Below, piece after piece: positions 12,358 through 25,759 of a stretch of DNA of 64,000 nt. The translations under genes and the position numbers were made by a program. This stretch comes from Mobula hypostoma (lineage: Eukaryota), in contig NC_086097.1 in the NCBI RefSeq assembly GCF_963921235.1, positions 1,488,001 through 1,552,000 on the forward strand, given 5' to 3'. Below the pieces are notes generated by a model that was not told the DNA's origin, did no database searches, and was given only the letters and a program-made list of their open reading frames with translations. Numbering within the stretch: position 1 is the first letter of the stretch; the number at the start of each line of letters is the position of its first letter.

Positions 12358-13171
12358 CACTCAGTGGCCACTTTATTAAGTACCTCCGGTACCCAATAAC
12401 GAACCCACTGAGTGTATGTTTTAGTCTGCTGCTGTAACCCATCCACTTCGAGGTTCAACGTGTTGTGCATTTGGAGATGCTCTTCTGCACATCACCGTTG
12501 TAATATGTGGTTGTTTGAGTTACTGTTGCCTACCTGAACCATTCGGGCCATTCTCTGATTTCTGTCATTAACAAGCCATTTTTGCCCACAAAACTGCTGC
12601 TCACTGGATTTTCTTTTTTGTTCTTTGCTCCATTCTATTTAAACTCTAGAGAGACAGTTGTGCATGAAAATCCCAGGGGATCAGCAGTTTCTGAGATACT
12701 CAAATCACCCTGCCTGACATCAACAATCACTCCATGGTCAAACTCACTTAGATCACATTTCTTCCCCATTCTGATATTTGGTCTGAACAACAACTGAACC
12801 TCTTGACCATGTCTGCATAACAAGAGAAAATCTCCAGATGCTGGTCCTGCTGAAGGGTCTCAGCCCGAACCATTGTACTTTTTTCCATAGATGCTGCCTG
12901 ACCTGTTGAGTTCCTCCAGCATTTTGTGTTCTTTACCCATTGAGTTGCTGCCACATGATTGGTAGATTAGATATTTGCATTAAGACATGATGGTGTCTCT
13001 TTAAGAGACTCCTGGACAGGTACATGGAGCTGAGAAAGATAGAGGGCTATGGGTAACCCCAGGTAATTTCTAAAGTAAGTACATGTTTGGCACAGGATTG
13101 TGGCCGAAGGGCCTGTATTGTGCTGTAGGTTTTCTATGTTTCTACGTACCTAATGAAGTGGCCACAGAGTG
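12358..13171 (-). mobile_element. Decayed Tc1/mariner DNA transposon with nested inserts
   Basis: 26-bp TIRs CACTCAGTGGCCACTTTATTAAGTAC (12358-12383) and 13146-13171 with 3 mismatches; TA on the left flank; transposase N-terminal HTH remnant MGKKCDLSEFDHGVIVDVRQGDLSISETADPLGFSCTTVS (12635-12823). Confidence 0.85.
12985..13145 (+). mobile_element. Short CR1 3' tail inserted inside the Tc1 element
   Basis: Matches the CR1 3' UTR at 7710-7865 and ends in TTTCTATGTTTCTA. Confidence 0.8.
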
Positions 13172-13699
13172 TTTCACCCAACTATTGTACCCATCTGTAC
13201 TAATCCCATTTGCCAGCACAAGACCTACAGCCTAAACGAGGTTCTAATTGAGGACTCCCATTCAGTCTTCAACAAGAAAGAATTTGCTATTGGAGTCTCA
13301 GCAATGGAACATGTAAAGGTTAATGAATAGAGGCTCTTGAAAAAAAATGGGCCTTTGCACTCATCGCACCCTGCTGTTTTACTCATTTACACAAAATCTA
13401 TTTCTCTATTGCTGTATCTTACCTTTCCAAATGCCTGTCTAAATACTTCTTAAATTAAATAATTGGAACTGGCAGCAAGTTCTGAATAGCAACCACTTCT
13501 CTGTATAACAACATTTCCCTTTAAAACTGTTCCTCTCATATTAAACAGTCTGTCCTCTTGTTTTTGTTACTCTTAATATGGGGAAAGATTCTGGCTGTTT
13601 ACCCAATTTGTGCCTCATAATTTATAACTCTCTTATCAGGTCACCCTTCAGCCTTCTTCACTCCAACCAAAATGAGTCCAACCTATCCGAGACACAGGG

Positions 13700-13935
13700 G
13701 GTTCTGCAGATGCTGAAAATCCAGAGCAACACACACAAAATGCTGGAGGGGAGGAACTCAGCAGATCAGACAGCATCTATGGAGGGAGATTAACAGTAAA
13801 ATTCTGGTCTGAGTGCTTTTATTAGCACTTGATTAGACCTGATGAGGGGTCTCTGCCTGAAACGTCGACTGTTTATTTCCCTCCATAAATGCTGCCTGAT
13901 TTGCTGCGTTCCAGATTTTGTGTGTACTGCTCCAG
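13700..13935. mobile_element. Head-to-head inverted pair of Penelope pseudo-LTR ends
   Basis: 13700-13825 is a degenerate reverse complement of 13835-13935 (GCATCTATGGAGGG versus CCCTCCATAAATGC). Confidence 0.7.
13834..13871 (+). ncRNA. Minimal type-I hammerhead ribozyme motif (Penelope-associated)
   Basis: CTGATGA (13839-45), weak stem II, GAAA (13859-62), CGTC, GACTG; catalytic core intact, stem I 5' arm mutated. Confidence 0.65.
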
Positions 13936-16823
13936 CTGATCTGTTACTCCCTGAAAGTGAAGTCCTCCATTTCAGGCAATAACCTGGTGAATCTCTCCTG
14001 CATCTTCACCACTGTCACATGGTGTGGTGGCCAGAACTGCACTGGTCTAACTGTTTTGTAAAGTTACAACAAGATGTCCCAATTATTGTATCCTTTTCCC
14101 CACACAGGAGGATAAGGTGCTGAAGAAGGCACTTATGACATCCATGCATGAAGGCAAGCATGCCATATGCCATCTTCACCACCTTTTCCACCTGTGTTGT
14201 AACTCTCAGGGAACAATATATCGAATGCCAAGGTCTTTCTGTTTACCGACATACCTTAGTGTCCTATTAGTTATTGGTTCAATACTGCCTCACTGTGTGG
14301 TCCTGCCCCACCCTATGTCTTTATGAGTAGATTTCCTCATTGGTCTCTGATCAGCCCCAGCTCTCCTCTTTCAGCCCTTTCAATGTTCGCACGCCTGTGG
14401 AATATTTTTGGATTCCTGTTTACAATCATTGCCAGTATTTTTACGTGTGCTGTCTTTGCCTCTTGTTTCTTTTTTAATTTATCCTCTGAACTTCCTGGAA
14501 TCAGTTTGGTTTCATGTGTGCTGACCTGTTTTCCAATTTTATTTTGACTTTCTATCTTGTTGATCTCCAGGGAGCTCTGCTATTAACATTTTACCACGGA
14601 ATTAATCTGGACTGTAGGTGACATACAGTATCTCCATTTTTAAGGGCCTACTGTACAATTAACTGATCATTATTATTTTACTAGCAGAATAATATTTAGC
14701 ACAGACTAGATGGGCAAAGAGCCTTTGTGCTATAGCGCTCCATGACTATGATAAACTCAGCAATCCACCTATGCAGGTATATCTGTCCGTGGCAGCATTA
14801 CACAGTGCCACACAGACAGTGAGATTCTCATTCTAAGGACACCTTCTACCTCGTTCCTGACTCCTTAGTTGTGCTAGATGGAATAATCCCATCAGAATTG
14901 AGGGATTCCATTAGGGATAGATCCAGGTACCTATCTGAAAGTCTTTAGAAGGAGTGATTATACCTGCCTCTACCAACTCTCCTTCTTCCTCTGAACCGAC
15001 AACTCTCCTTCCCCTTCAATCCCAGTTCTAATCTCTGCTGTATCTTTACTTTTCCCACCAAACTTCCCCTCCCTGAAGTGGAATGTTCTGTCCTCAGCAA
15101 GGGCCTTACCTTTGTCCCCCTTCACCCACACCTCAGTGAGTTCTGCACCCACCACAACGCTGAGCTCTTCTTACATTGCCTCCATCTCCGAACCCATTTC
15201 TTTGGCAAGAGTTCCCCAGTCCACACCAATAGTCCCTTCTCCTGTTTCCAACCCTCCTCCCCTTCTTGGACACCCTGCTCTTGTTCTCTCCCTGCCCTGG
15301 ATCTTTTCATCTCTAACTGCCAACTCAACTTCAGCATTCCTCTCTCCTCCTCGAACTTTACCCTCCCCTCCTCCCAAATGCACTGCCCTCCACTCTCTCT
15401 GCACCAATCCCAATCTTACCATCAAAATTACAGACAAAGGGAGTGCTGTTGTAGTGTGGTGGACTAACCTCTACCTTGCTGAAACAGGCGGCAACTCTCA
15501 GAGACTTCCTCATAACTACCCCATTGAAGAAGACCCCTCTTCTGACAATCAGAAAACCGTCTCTGACACCATCACTGGCCTCATCAACTCTGGAGAACGC
15601 CCACCCACTGCAACCGAACTCATAGTTCCCTTACCCCGCACTGCTCCTCTCTATCTCCTACCCAAGATCCACAGTCCTGACTTTTCTGGATAGGCCCATT
15701 TTCTCTGCCTGCTCCTGCCCCACTGAACTTGTGTCCTCATACCTCGACTGTATTCTACTCCACTTGATTGAGTTCCTTCACACCTACACTTCTTACGCTC
15801 GTGGTCTCCTCGCTAATTTTCAATTCCCTGGCCCTGACCGCCTCATTTTCACCATGGATGTCCATTCCCTATACACTTTTGCCCCCATCAATAAGGCCTT
15901 AAAGCTCTCTTCTTTTTCCTTTTTACTGTTGGCAAAAGAACCAACCAGTACCCCTCCACCATCATCCTCCTCCATTTGGTAGAACTGCTCCTCACCCTCA
16001 ACAATTTCTCCAGTCTCAAGGGGTATTCATTGGCTCCTGTATGGGCCCCAGTTATGTCTTCCTTATTGTTGACTTTGTAGAACAGTCCATTTCCAAGCCT
16101 TCTCCAGTAGTGGTCCTCATCTCTTCCTCTACTACATTGATGACTGTTTTGTTCTGTTTCATGCCTGTACTGAACTTGTCAATTTCATCAACTTGGCCTC
16201 CAACTTCTATCTGCCCTTAAATTCACTTTGTCCATTTCTAACACCTCCCTTCCCTTTCTCGATCTCTCTGTCTCCAACATCTTTTATAAACCTACTGATG
16301 CCCACAGCTATTTTGACTCTTCCCTCCCAGTCTCCTGTAAAAATGCTATTCCCTTTTCTCAGTTCCTTCGTCTCCATTGCAACTGTTCCCAGGATGTGGC
16401 TTTCCTTTCCAGGACATCATAGATGTCCTCCTTCTTCAAAGAATGGGGTTTCCCTTCCACCAGCATTGATGCTGCCCTCATTCACACCTCTTCCATTTAC
16501 TGGACATTTATGCTCACCTCATCTTCCCACCACTTTAACTCTGATAGAGTTCCTCTTGTCCTTACCTATCACTCCATGACCTTTTGTATCCAATACATCA
16601 TTCTCCGCAACTTACACCATTTCCAAAGAGATCCTACCACTAAACACAACTTTACCTGTCCCCCACTTTCCACTTTCCACACGGATTCCCCTGTTCCTGT
16701 CCTGCTCCCCACTAATCTCTCTTCCGGCACTTATCCCTGCAAGCAGCCAAAGTGAAGTATCTGTCCATTCACCTCCTCCCTCACCTCCATTCAGGACCTC
16801 AAATAGTCCTTCACTTCACTATG

Positions 16824-17799
16824 GACTACGGACTTGGACTATGGGATTAATGGATTTGTGGCTAAATTTGCGGATGATACAAAGATAGGTGGAGGAGCGG
16901 TTAGTGTTGAGGAAACAGAGAGCCTGCAGAGAGACTTAGATAGTTTAGGGGAATGGACAAAGAAGTGGCAAATGAAATACAATGTTGGAAAGTGTATGGT
17001 CATGCACTTTGGTGGAAGAAATAAATGGACAGATTATTATTTAGATGGGGAGAGAATTCAAATTGCAGACATGCAAAGGGACTTGGGAGTCCTTGTGCAG
17101 AGCACCCTAAAGGTTAACCTGCAGGTTGAGTCAGTGGTGAAGAAGGCAAGTGCAATGTTGACATTCATTTCTAGAGGTATAGAATAGAAGAGCAGGGATG
17201 TGATGTTGAGGCTCCATAAGGCACACATGAGACCACACTTGGAGTATTGTGTGCAGTTTGGGGCTCTTTATTTTAGAAAGGATATACTGACATTGGAGAG
17301 GGTCCAGAGAAGATTCAAGAGAGTGATTCCAGGAATGAAAGGGTTAACATATGAGGAACATCTGGCAGCTCTTGGGCTGTATTCTCTGGGGTTCAGGAGA
17401 ATGAGGGGAGATCTCATAGAAACATTCCGAATGTTAAGAGGCCTGAACAGATTAGATATAACAAAGTTATTTCCCATGGTAGGGGAGTCTAGGACAAGAG
17501 GGCATGACTTCAGGACTGAAGGATGTCCATTTAGAACTGGGATGCGGGGAATTACTTAGTCAGAGGGTGGTAAATCTGTGGAATTTGTTGCCACGAGTGG
17601 CTGTGGAGGCCAAGTCTTTGGGTGTATTTAAGGCAGAGGTAGATAGGCTCTTGATTGGACAGGGCATCAAAGGGTATGGGGTGAAGGCAGGAGAGTGGGG
17701 AGGACTGGAAGAATTGGATCAGCCCATGATTGAATGGTGGAAAGACTTGATGGGCCGAATGGCCCACTTCTTCTCATATATCTTATGGTCTCACGGTTT
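16824..17799 (+). mobile_element. 5'-truncated CR1 inserted in the Penelope element
   Basis: ORFs 16834..17559 with FADDTKIGG and RPHLEYCVQF; TCTTATGG tail; possible TATG duplication at 16820-23 and 17800-03. Confidence 0.88.
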
Positions 17800-18342
17800 T
17801 ATGAATCTGCTGGGGTAATTTATTGAGTCTGGTGCTCTCGATGCAGCCTCTTCTACATTGGTAAGACCCCTTGTAAATTGGTGAGTCGCTTTGTCAAGCA
17901 CCTCTGCCCCATCTGCCAAAAACAGAGTTTCTTGGTGGCCTAACATCTTAATTGTGATTCCCATTCCCATTCCGGCATGTTGGTCCATCACTTCTTCTTG
18001 TGCTATGATGAGCCACCCTCCGGGTAGAGAAACAACACCTTATATTCTGTTGAGGTAGCCTCCAACTGATAGCATGAGTATCAATTTTTCCTTCTGGTAC
18101 AAAAAAAATTCCCTCACCCCTCCCCTGTTCTACTCCCCATTCTGGCCTCTTACATCTTCTTGCCTGCCTAGTATCTCTCCTAGGTCCCCTTTCTCTTTCC
18201 TCTCTGGTCCACCCTCCTCTCCTATTGGATTCCTTCTCCAGCCCTTTACCTTTGCTACCCGTCTGGTTTCACCTATCATCTTATCGCTATCCTCCCACCT
18301 CTTCTCTCACGTTCTTCTTCTGACGACTTCCTCCTCCCTTTC

Positions 18343-18380
18343 CAGTCCTGATGAAGGATCTCGGTCCGAAATGTCAGCTT
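18343..18380 (+). ncRNA. Minimal hammerhead ribozyme motif at the Penelope 3' end
   Basis: CAGTC-CTGATGA-A-GGAT/CTCG/GTCC-GAAA-TGTC; stem I 3' arm decayed. Confidence 0.6.
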
Positions 18381-18654
18381 TCCAAAGATGTTGCCTGTCC
18401 TGCTGAGTTCCTCCAGCATTTTTTGTGTGATATTCCATATATGTTCCTTGGTCTGTGGTGATCATCATACCTGTCGATACAAATACCATGTCCGCACCGA
18501 TGCCCTGCTCATTTAATTTTCTGTCCAGATAACTCTTAAATGCCGTTATTGTTCCTGCCTCCACTACCTCCTCTGACAGCTCATTCTAGATACCAACTAT
18601 TCTATGTGAAAATTTTGTCCCTTAACTATTCTTTAAACCTCTTCCCTCTCATCT

Positions 18655-19193
18655 TGGCAGCAGGCACCAACAGAATCAACAAGCTCATTCGTAAGGCCAG
18701 TGATGTTGTGGGGATGGAACTGGACTCTCTCACCGTGGTGTCTGAAAAGAGGATGCTGTCCAAGTTGCATGCCATCTTGGACAATGTCTCCCATCCACTA
18801 CATAGTGTACTGGGTGGGCACAGGAGTACATTCAGCCAGAGACTCATTCCTCCGAGATGCAACACAGAGCGTCATAGGAAGTCATTCCTGCCTGTGGCCA
18901 TCAAACTTTACAACTCCTCCCTTGGAGGGTCAGACACCCTGAGCCGATAGGCTGTCCTGGACTTATTTCATAATTTACTGGCATAATTTACATATTACTA
19001 TTTAACTATTTATTACTATTTTTCTATTACTATTTATTATTCCCATGACTATTACCATAGAAACCATAGAAACTACAGCACAGATAGTAATATTACTATT
19101 ACTATTTCTATCACTATTTATTATTTATGGTGCAACTGTAACGAAAACCAATTTCCCCCGGGATCAATAAAGTATGTCTATGACTATGACTAT
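18655..19193 (+). mobile_element. Rex1/Babar 3' fragment with tail
   Basis: Peptide nearly identical to the C-terminus of ORF 63066..63980; ends AATAAAGTATGTCTATGACTATGACTAT. Confidence 0.88.
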
Positions 19194-19829
19194 CTTCAAC
19201 AGGCGGCTGTCTACCCTATCTGAAGAAATGTCTCGCCCCAGTTAACTGTCTGTTCATTTCCATAGGTGCTGCTTGACCTGCTGAGTTCCTCCAGCATTTA
19301 GTGTGTGTAGTTCTAACTTATTTAGGCCTCTCATAACTTTATCTACCTCCAACATGTTATCTCTCACCCTCCCTTAGTGTAGCCCAGACTATCCAATGTT
19401 TCCCTGTAACTCAAGTCTTCCAATTGGAACATAGAACACAGTACAGACCCCTTGGCCCTTTAGCCAACCATGTTGTGCCGACCTTTTATTCTGTTTATGT
19501 TTTTATGTTATGTAAAACCTCCTCCTGTAGATCTTCAATTAAATAAGGAGATCAGGCACAATCGTGTTAATAGCAGAACAGAAACAAAGGATGATCTTGT
19601 TTCTGATGGTCTAATTACTGCAGTGATTCAAGAAGACAATCCACCATCATTTGAACAAGGTGGCTTATACCAACGTCATCCATATCTCACAAATATACAA
19701 AAAATCATTCACTTCTAACAAGGGTTTCTCTCTGCCTCAACTCCCTTTCTGCCCCTTCTGTTCCCTAAGGTCATTGTAACCCTTCCCTCCCTTCCCCCAT
19801 AGCCCTCCATTTTTCTATCATCTGTTTGT

Positions 19830-20345
19830 AAAATTGTTAAATTGTACCACAAAGGCAAAATTCAAAAGGGAGAAGAATGCAGGACTGAAGGTGCTATATT
19901 TAAATGCGTGTAGCGTTCGGAATAAGGTGGATGAACTTGTGGCACAATTAGAGATTAGTCGGTATGATGTGGGCATCACTGAGTCGTGGCTGAAAGGCCA
20001 TAGTTGGGAGTTTAACATCAAAGCATGTACTTTGTATCGAAAGGACAGGCAGGAGACACAGGCGATGGTGTGGCTCTGTTGGTAAGAGATGGAATTACAT
20101 CTTTAGAAAGCAGTGACATAGGGTCAGAGAATGTCGAATCTTTGTGGGTGGAGTTATGAAACTGCAAGGGTGAAGGAACATGGGGAATGATATATAGGCC
20201 TCCAAAAAGTAGCCAAGTTGTGGGGCTGAGATTGCAAAGGGAGCTGGAAAAGGCATGTAATAAGGGTAATGACATGATTGTAATAGGGGACTTCAATATC
20301 CAAGGTTGGTATCAGATCACAAGAGAGGGAATTTGTTGAATGCCT
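19830..20345 (+). mobile_element. Decayed CR1 endonuclease fragment
   Basis: YLNACSVRNKVDEL, GITESWL. Confidence 0.75.
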
Positions 20346-22718
20346 AGAATATAGGGAGTTAGGAAGGGAGTTGTAAAAAAGGACGAAAAAGGTAGTAATC
20401 TCGGGATTACTGCCTGTGCTACGCGACAGTGAGAGTAGGAATGCAATGAGATGTAGGATAAATGTGTGGCTGAGAGATTGGAGCAAGGGGCAGGAATTCG
20501 GGTTTTTGGATCATTGGGACCACTGTTGGTACAGGTGTGACCTGTACAAAGGGGACGATTGCACTTGAATCCTAGGGGGACCAATATCCTGGCGGGCAGA
20601 TTTGCGAGGGCTACTAAGGTGACTTTAAACTAGAATGGTTGGGGGGGAGGGAATCAAATTAAGGAGACTAGGAGAGGGGAGGTTGATGCAAGGGAAAAAG
20701 AAGTAGAAGGTAACAAAGTTGTTTGCTCAATTAAGGATAAACAGAGAGTGGGAGGTAGAGTTTCTTAAATGCATCTATTTTAATGCTAGGAGCATTGTAA
20801 GAAAGGTGGATGAGCTTAGAGCATGGATTGATACCTGGAAATATGATGTTGTAGCTATTAGTGAAACGTGGTTGCAGGAGGGGTGTGATTGGCAACTAAA
20901 TATTCCAGGATTTCGTTGCTTCAGGTGTGATAGAATAGGAGGGGCAAGAGGGGGAGGTGTTGCATTGCTTGTCAGAGATTATATAACAGTGGTGCTCTGG
21001 CAGGATAGATTAGTGGACTCGTCTAGGGAGGCTATTTGGGTGGAATTGAGGAATAGGAAAGGTGTTGTGACGCTTATAGGGGTGTATTATAGACCACCTA
21101 ATGGGGACCGAGAACTGGAGGAGCAAATTTGTAAGGAGATAGCAGATATTTATAGTAAGCACAAGGTTGCAATTGTGGGAGATTTTAATTTTCCACACAT
21201 AGACTGGGAAGCCCATTCTGTAAAAGGGCTGGATGGTTTGGAGTTTGTAAAATGTGTGCAGGATAGTTTTTTAAAGCAATACATAGAGGTACCAACTAGA
21301 GAAGGGGCAGTGTTGGATCTCCTGTTAGGGAATGAGATAGGTCGGGTGACGGAGGTATTTGTTGGGGAGCACTTCGGGTCCAGTGATCACAATACAATTA
21401 GTTTCAGTGTAACTATGGAGAAGGATAGGACTGGACCTAGGATTGAGATTTTTGATTGGAGAAAGGCTAACTTTGAGGAGATGTGAAAGGATTTAGAAGG
21501 AGTGGATTGGAAAAATTTGTTTTATGGGAAGGATGTAACAGAGAAATGGAGGTCATTTAAAGGTGAAATTTTGAGGGTTCAGAATCTTTATGTTCCTGTT
21601 AGGTTGAAAGGAAAGGTTAAAAGTTTGAGAGAGCCATGGTTTTCAAGAGATATTAGAAACTTGGTTCAGAAAAAGAGAGAGATCTTCAATAAATATAGGC
21701 AGCTTGGAGTTAATGAGGTACTCGAGGAATATAAAGAATGTAAAAAGAATCTTAAGAAAGAAATTAGAAAAGCTAAAAGAAGATACGAGGCTGCTTCGGC
21801 AAGTAAGGTGAAAATAAATTCAAGGGGTTTCTACGGTTATGTTAGTGGCAAAAGGATAGTGAGGGATAAAATTGGTCCCTTGGAGAATCAGAGTGGACGG
21901 CTATGTGCGGAGCCAAAAGAGATGGGGGAGATTTTGAACTATTTCTTTTCTTCAGTATTCACTAAGGAGAAGGATATTGAATTGTGTAAGGTAAAGGAAA
22001 CAAGTAGGGTAGTTATAGAAAGTATGACAATTAAAGAAGAGGAAGTACTGACACTTTTAAGAAATATAAAAGTGGATAAGTCTCTGGGTCTGGACAAGAT
22101 ATTCCCTAGGACTTTGAAGAAAGTTAGTGTAGAAATAACAAGGGCTCTGACAGAAGTATTTCAAATGGCATTAGAAATGGGAATGGTGCCGGAGGATTGG
22201 CGTATTGCTCATGTTGTTCCATTGTTTAAAAAGGGTTCTAAGAGTAAACCTGGCAATTTTGTGAGTTTGACGTCAGTGGTGGGTAAATTGATGGAAAGTG
22301 TTCTTAGAGATGGTACACATAATTTTCTGGATAGACAGGGTCTGATTAGGAACAGTCGACATGGATTTGTGCGTGGAACGTCATGTTTGACAAATCTTAT
22401 TGAATTTTTTGATGAGGTTACTAAGAAAGTTGACGAGGGTAAAATGGTGGATCTTGTCTATATGGACTTCAGTAAGGCCTTTGACAAGGTTCCACATGGA
22501 AGGTTAGTTAGGGAGGTTCAATCATTAGGCATTAATATGGAAGTAGTAAAATGGATTCAGCAGTGGCTAGATGGGAGATGCCAGAGAGTAGTGGTGGATT
22601 ACTGTGTGTCAGATTGGAGGACGGTGTGTAGCAGTGTGCCTCAAGGATCTGTACTGGGTCCAATCTTGTTTGTAATATATATTAATGATCTAGATGATGG
22701 GGTGGTAAATTGGATTAG

Positions 22719-23616
22719 ACATAGACATAGACATAGACATACTTTATTGATCCCGAGGGAAATTGAGTTTCCTTACAGCTGCACCAACCAAGAATAGAGC
22801 ATAAATATAGAAATACAAAAACCACAAACAATCAAACAACAATATGCAAACTATGCCAGATGGAAATAAGTCCAGGACCGGCCTATTGGCTCAGGGTGTC
22901 TGACCCTCCACAGGAGGAGCTGCAAAGTTCGATGGCCACAGGCAGGAACAACCTCCCATGACGCCCAGTGTTGTATCTTGGTGGAATATGGCTGGAGTCC
23001 AACAGGAAAAAGTGCAATATCCGGGCTACAAACACGTTCCTCGACCGTAATATGACCAAGATTGCATCATCTGTTGTTAACCAGAACAGCAAGCCCCCAA
23101 CTCCTTTACGCTTACCGCCCTCTGTGCACTTCCGGTCAGCCCGAATGGTCTGGAAGCCCTCCATGGAAAAGTTCTTGTCGGGTATGTCCACGTGCAGTCC
23201 AAGTGGAGAACTCCTTTTCTCCTTAAGTCTCTGTTGTCTTGACCTGGTCCTCTTTCCTCGCCTTTTTGATCCCCCTCCGCATCCTCTGTGTGTTTTCCTC
23301 CAGGTTTCAGCTGGGGTGTCCGCCGCTCTGTTCGCTAAACCGGCTGGCATAAGCGCAATCAGCTGGTCCCTGGAATAAACAATGCCACCATACTGCTGCC
23401 TCGCTAATGAGACGTGTCTGAATGTAACTATTTCCAGCGCCAAAAACTCAAATAAAACTCTCTCCACCAGCATGTTAGAGAGGGTGCAGCTTTAACGTGT
23501 TACCGTGAAAAAAATACAACAAATAATGTAAGTTAAAAAAAGTAAGAAGAATAAAGTAAGAAAACTAGTTGGAACGGCTGTAACAGGCTGCATGCACGAC
23601 TGGCGCATGCGCACTA
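22719..23616 (-). mobile_element. Internally deleted non-autonomous Rex1/Babar derivative (~900 bp)
   Basis: GATTAG target-site duplication (22713-18, 23617-22); (CTATGT)n tail and AATAAA; ORF joins an N-terminal/APE remnant directly to the Rex C-terminus ...FLPVAI...GGSDTLSQ. Confidence 0.8.
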
Positions 23617-23797
23617 GATTAGTAAATATGCAGATGATACTAAGATTGGTGGTGTTGTGGATGATATGGTAGGTTTTCAAAACTTGCAGAGAGATTTAGG
23701 ACAGTTAGAAGAGTGAGCTGAAAGATGGCACATGGAGTTTAATGCTGACAAATGTGAGGTGATACATTTTGGTAGAACTAATCAAAATAGGACATAG

Positions 23798-24889
23798 AAC
23801 ATAGAACATAGAATAGTACAGCATAGTACAGGCCCTTTGGCCCACAATGTTGTGCCGACCCTCAAACCCTGCCTCCCATATAACCCCCCACCTTAAATTC
23901 CTCCATATACCTGTCTAGTAGTCTCTTAAACTTCACTAGTGTATCTGCCTCCACCACTGACTCAGGCAGTGCATTCCACGCACCAACCACTCTCTGAGTA
24001 AAAACCTTCCTCTAATATCCCCCTTGAACTTCCCACCCTTACCTTAAAGCCATGTCCTCTTGTATTGAGCAGTGGTGCCCTGGGGAAGAGGTGCTGGCTA
24101 TCCACTCTATCAATTCCTCTTATTATCTTGTACACCTCTATCATATCTCCTCTCATCTTCCTTCTCTCCAAAGAGTAAAGCCCTAGCTCCCTTAATCTCT
24201 GATCATAATGCATACTTTCTAAACCAGGCAGCATCCTGGTAAATCTCCTCTGTACCCTTTCCAATGCTTCCACATCCTTCCTATAGTGAGGTGACCAGAA
24301 CTGGAAACAGTACTCCAAGTGTGGCCTAACCAGAGTTTTATAGAGCTGCATCATTACATCGCTACTCTTAAACTCTATCCCTCGACTTCTGAAAGCTAAC
24401 ATCCCATAAGCTTTCTTAACTACCCTATCCACCTGTGAGGCAACTTTCAGGGATCTGTGGACATGTACCCCCAGATCCCTCTGCTCCTCCACACTACCAA
24501 GTATCCTGCCATTTACTTTGTACTCTGCCTTGGAGTTTGTCCTTCCAAAGTGTACCACCTCACACTTCTCTGGGTTGAACTCCATCTGCCACTTCTCAGC
24601 CCACTTCTGCATCCTATCAATATCTTTCTGCAATCTTTGACAATCCTCTACACTATCTACAGAACCACCAACCTTTGTGTCATGTGCAAACTTGCCAACC
24701 CACCCCTCTACCCCCATATCCAGGTCGTTAATGAAAATCACGAAAAGTAGAGGTCCCAGAACAAATCCTTGTGGGACACCACTAGTCACAACCCTCCAAT
24801 CTGAGTGTACTCCCTCCACCACCACCCTCTGCCTTCTGCAGGCAAGCCAATTCTGAATCCACCTGGCCAAACTTCCCTGGATCCCATGC
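23798..24889 (-). mobile_element. 5'-truncated CR1, same subfamily as 2369-3320, inserted antisense into the host CR1
   Basis: ORF 23962..24870 nearly identical to ORF 2378..3343; (TTCTATG)n tail at ~23795. Confidence 0.92.
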
Positions 24890-25759
24890 GTGGTAAATGG
24901 TGGACATTAAAGAATGCTTTAGAACAGAGGGATCTAGGAATAATGGTGCATAGTTCCCTGAAGATGGAATCTCATGTGGATAGGGTGGTGAAGAAAGCTT
25001 TTGGTTTGCTGGCCTTTATTAATCAGAGCATTGAGTATAGGAGTTGGGATGTAATGCTGAATTTGTATAAGGCATTGGTAGGGCCAAATCTGGGGTATTG
25101 TATGCAGTTCTGGTCACCGAATTATAGGAATTATAAAATTGAGAGAGTACAGAGGAGATTTACTAAAATGTTGCCTGGGTTTCATCTCTTAAGTTACAGA
25201 GAAAGGTTGAACAAGTTAGGTCTTTATTCTTTGGAACGTAGAAGGTTGAGGGGAGACTTGATAGAGGTATTTAAAATTATGAGGGGGATAGATGGAGTTG
25301 ACTTGGTTAGACTTTTTCCATTGAGAGTGGGGAAGATTCAAACAAGAGGGCATGGGTTGAGAATTAGAGGACGAAAGTCTAGGGGTAACATGAGGGGGAA
25401 CTTCTTTACTCAGAGAGTGGTAGTTGTGTGGAACGAGCTTCCAGCAGAAGTGGTTGAGGCAGGTTCGATGTTGTTGTTTAAAGTTAAATTGGATACATAT
25501 AAGGACAGGAAAGGAATGGAGGCGTTATGGGCTGAGTGCAGGTCAGTGGGAATAGGATAGGGTAAGAGTTCGGCACGGACTAGAATGGCTGAGATAGCCT
25601 GTTTCCGTGCTGTAATTGTTATATGGTTATATATGGTTATATGGTAACTGGGCGGTACGTTACGCAGCATCCACACAAGTGTGATTTCCCAGTTTGGCGG
25701 GGCCAGAGGCTGTTTTCCCCTGGACGAAGACCAGCTGGCCAAGCCTGAAGGTTACATAC

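Larger units (their letters stand above)
14990..18430 (+). mobile_element. Decayed Penelope-like element (RT, GIY-YIG endonuclease, pseudo-LTR), interrupted by a CR1
   Basis: SVLSKGLTFVP, TDKGSAVVV, LYLLPKIH, FTMDVHSLYT, YIDD (~16132), LPFLD, KNAIPFSQFLR, VPLVLTYH; GIY-YIG-like GVIY..CSRC..YIG at ~17812; terminal hammerhead motif. Confidence 0.85.
20346..25646 (+). mobile_element. Long CR1 (ORF1 3' end plus ORF2) carrying two nested insertions
   Basis: ORF1 end at 20633; APE ORF 20719..21486; RT ORF 21502..22718, resuming at 23617 and 24890; (TTATATGG)n tail at 25619-25646. Confidence 0.92.

Noticed and set aside
14838..14935. Short open frames on both strands resembling exons
   Set aside because: Both strands are equally plausible, the splice signals are weak and no peptide is recognisable
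25646..25750. Possible HDV-like ribozyme on the minus strand (TGG-TCTTCGT-CCA loop; GGCCAG/CTGGCC pairing)
   Set aside because: I could not build P1, P4 and J4/2 consistently; left as an unclassified GC-rich fragment
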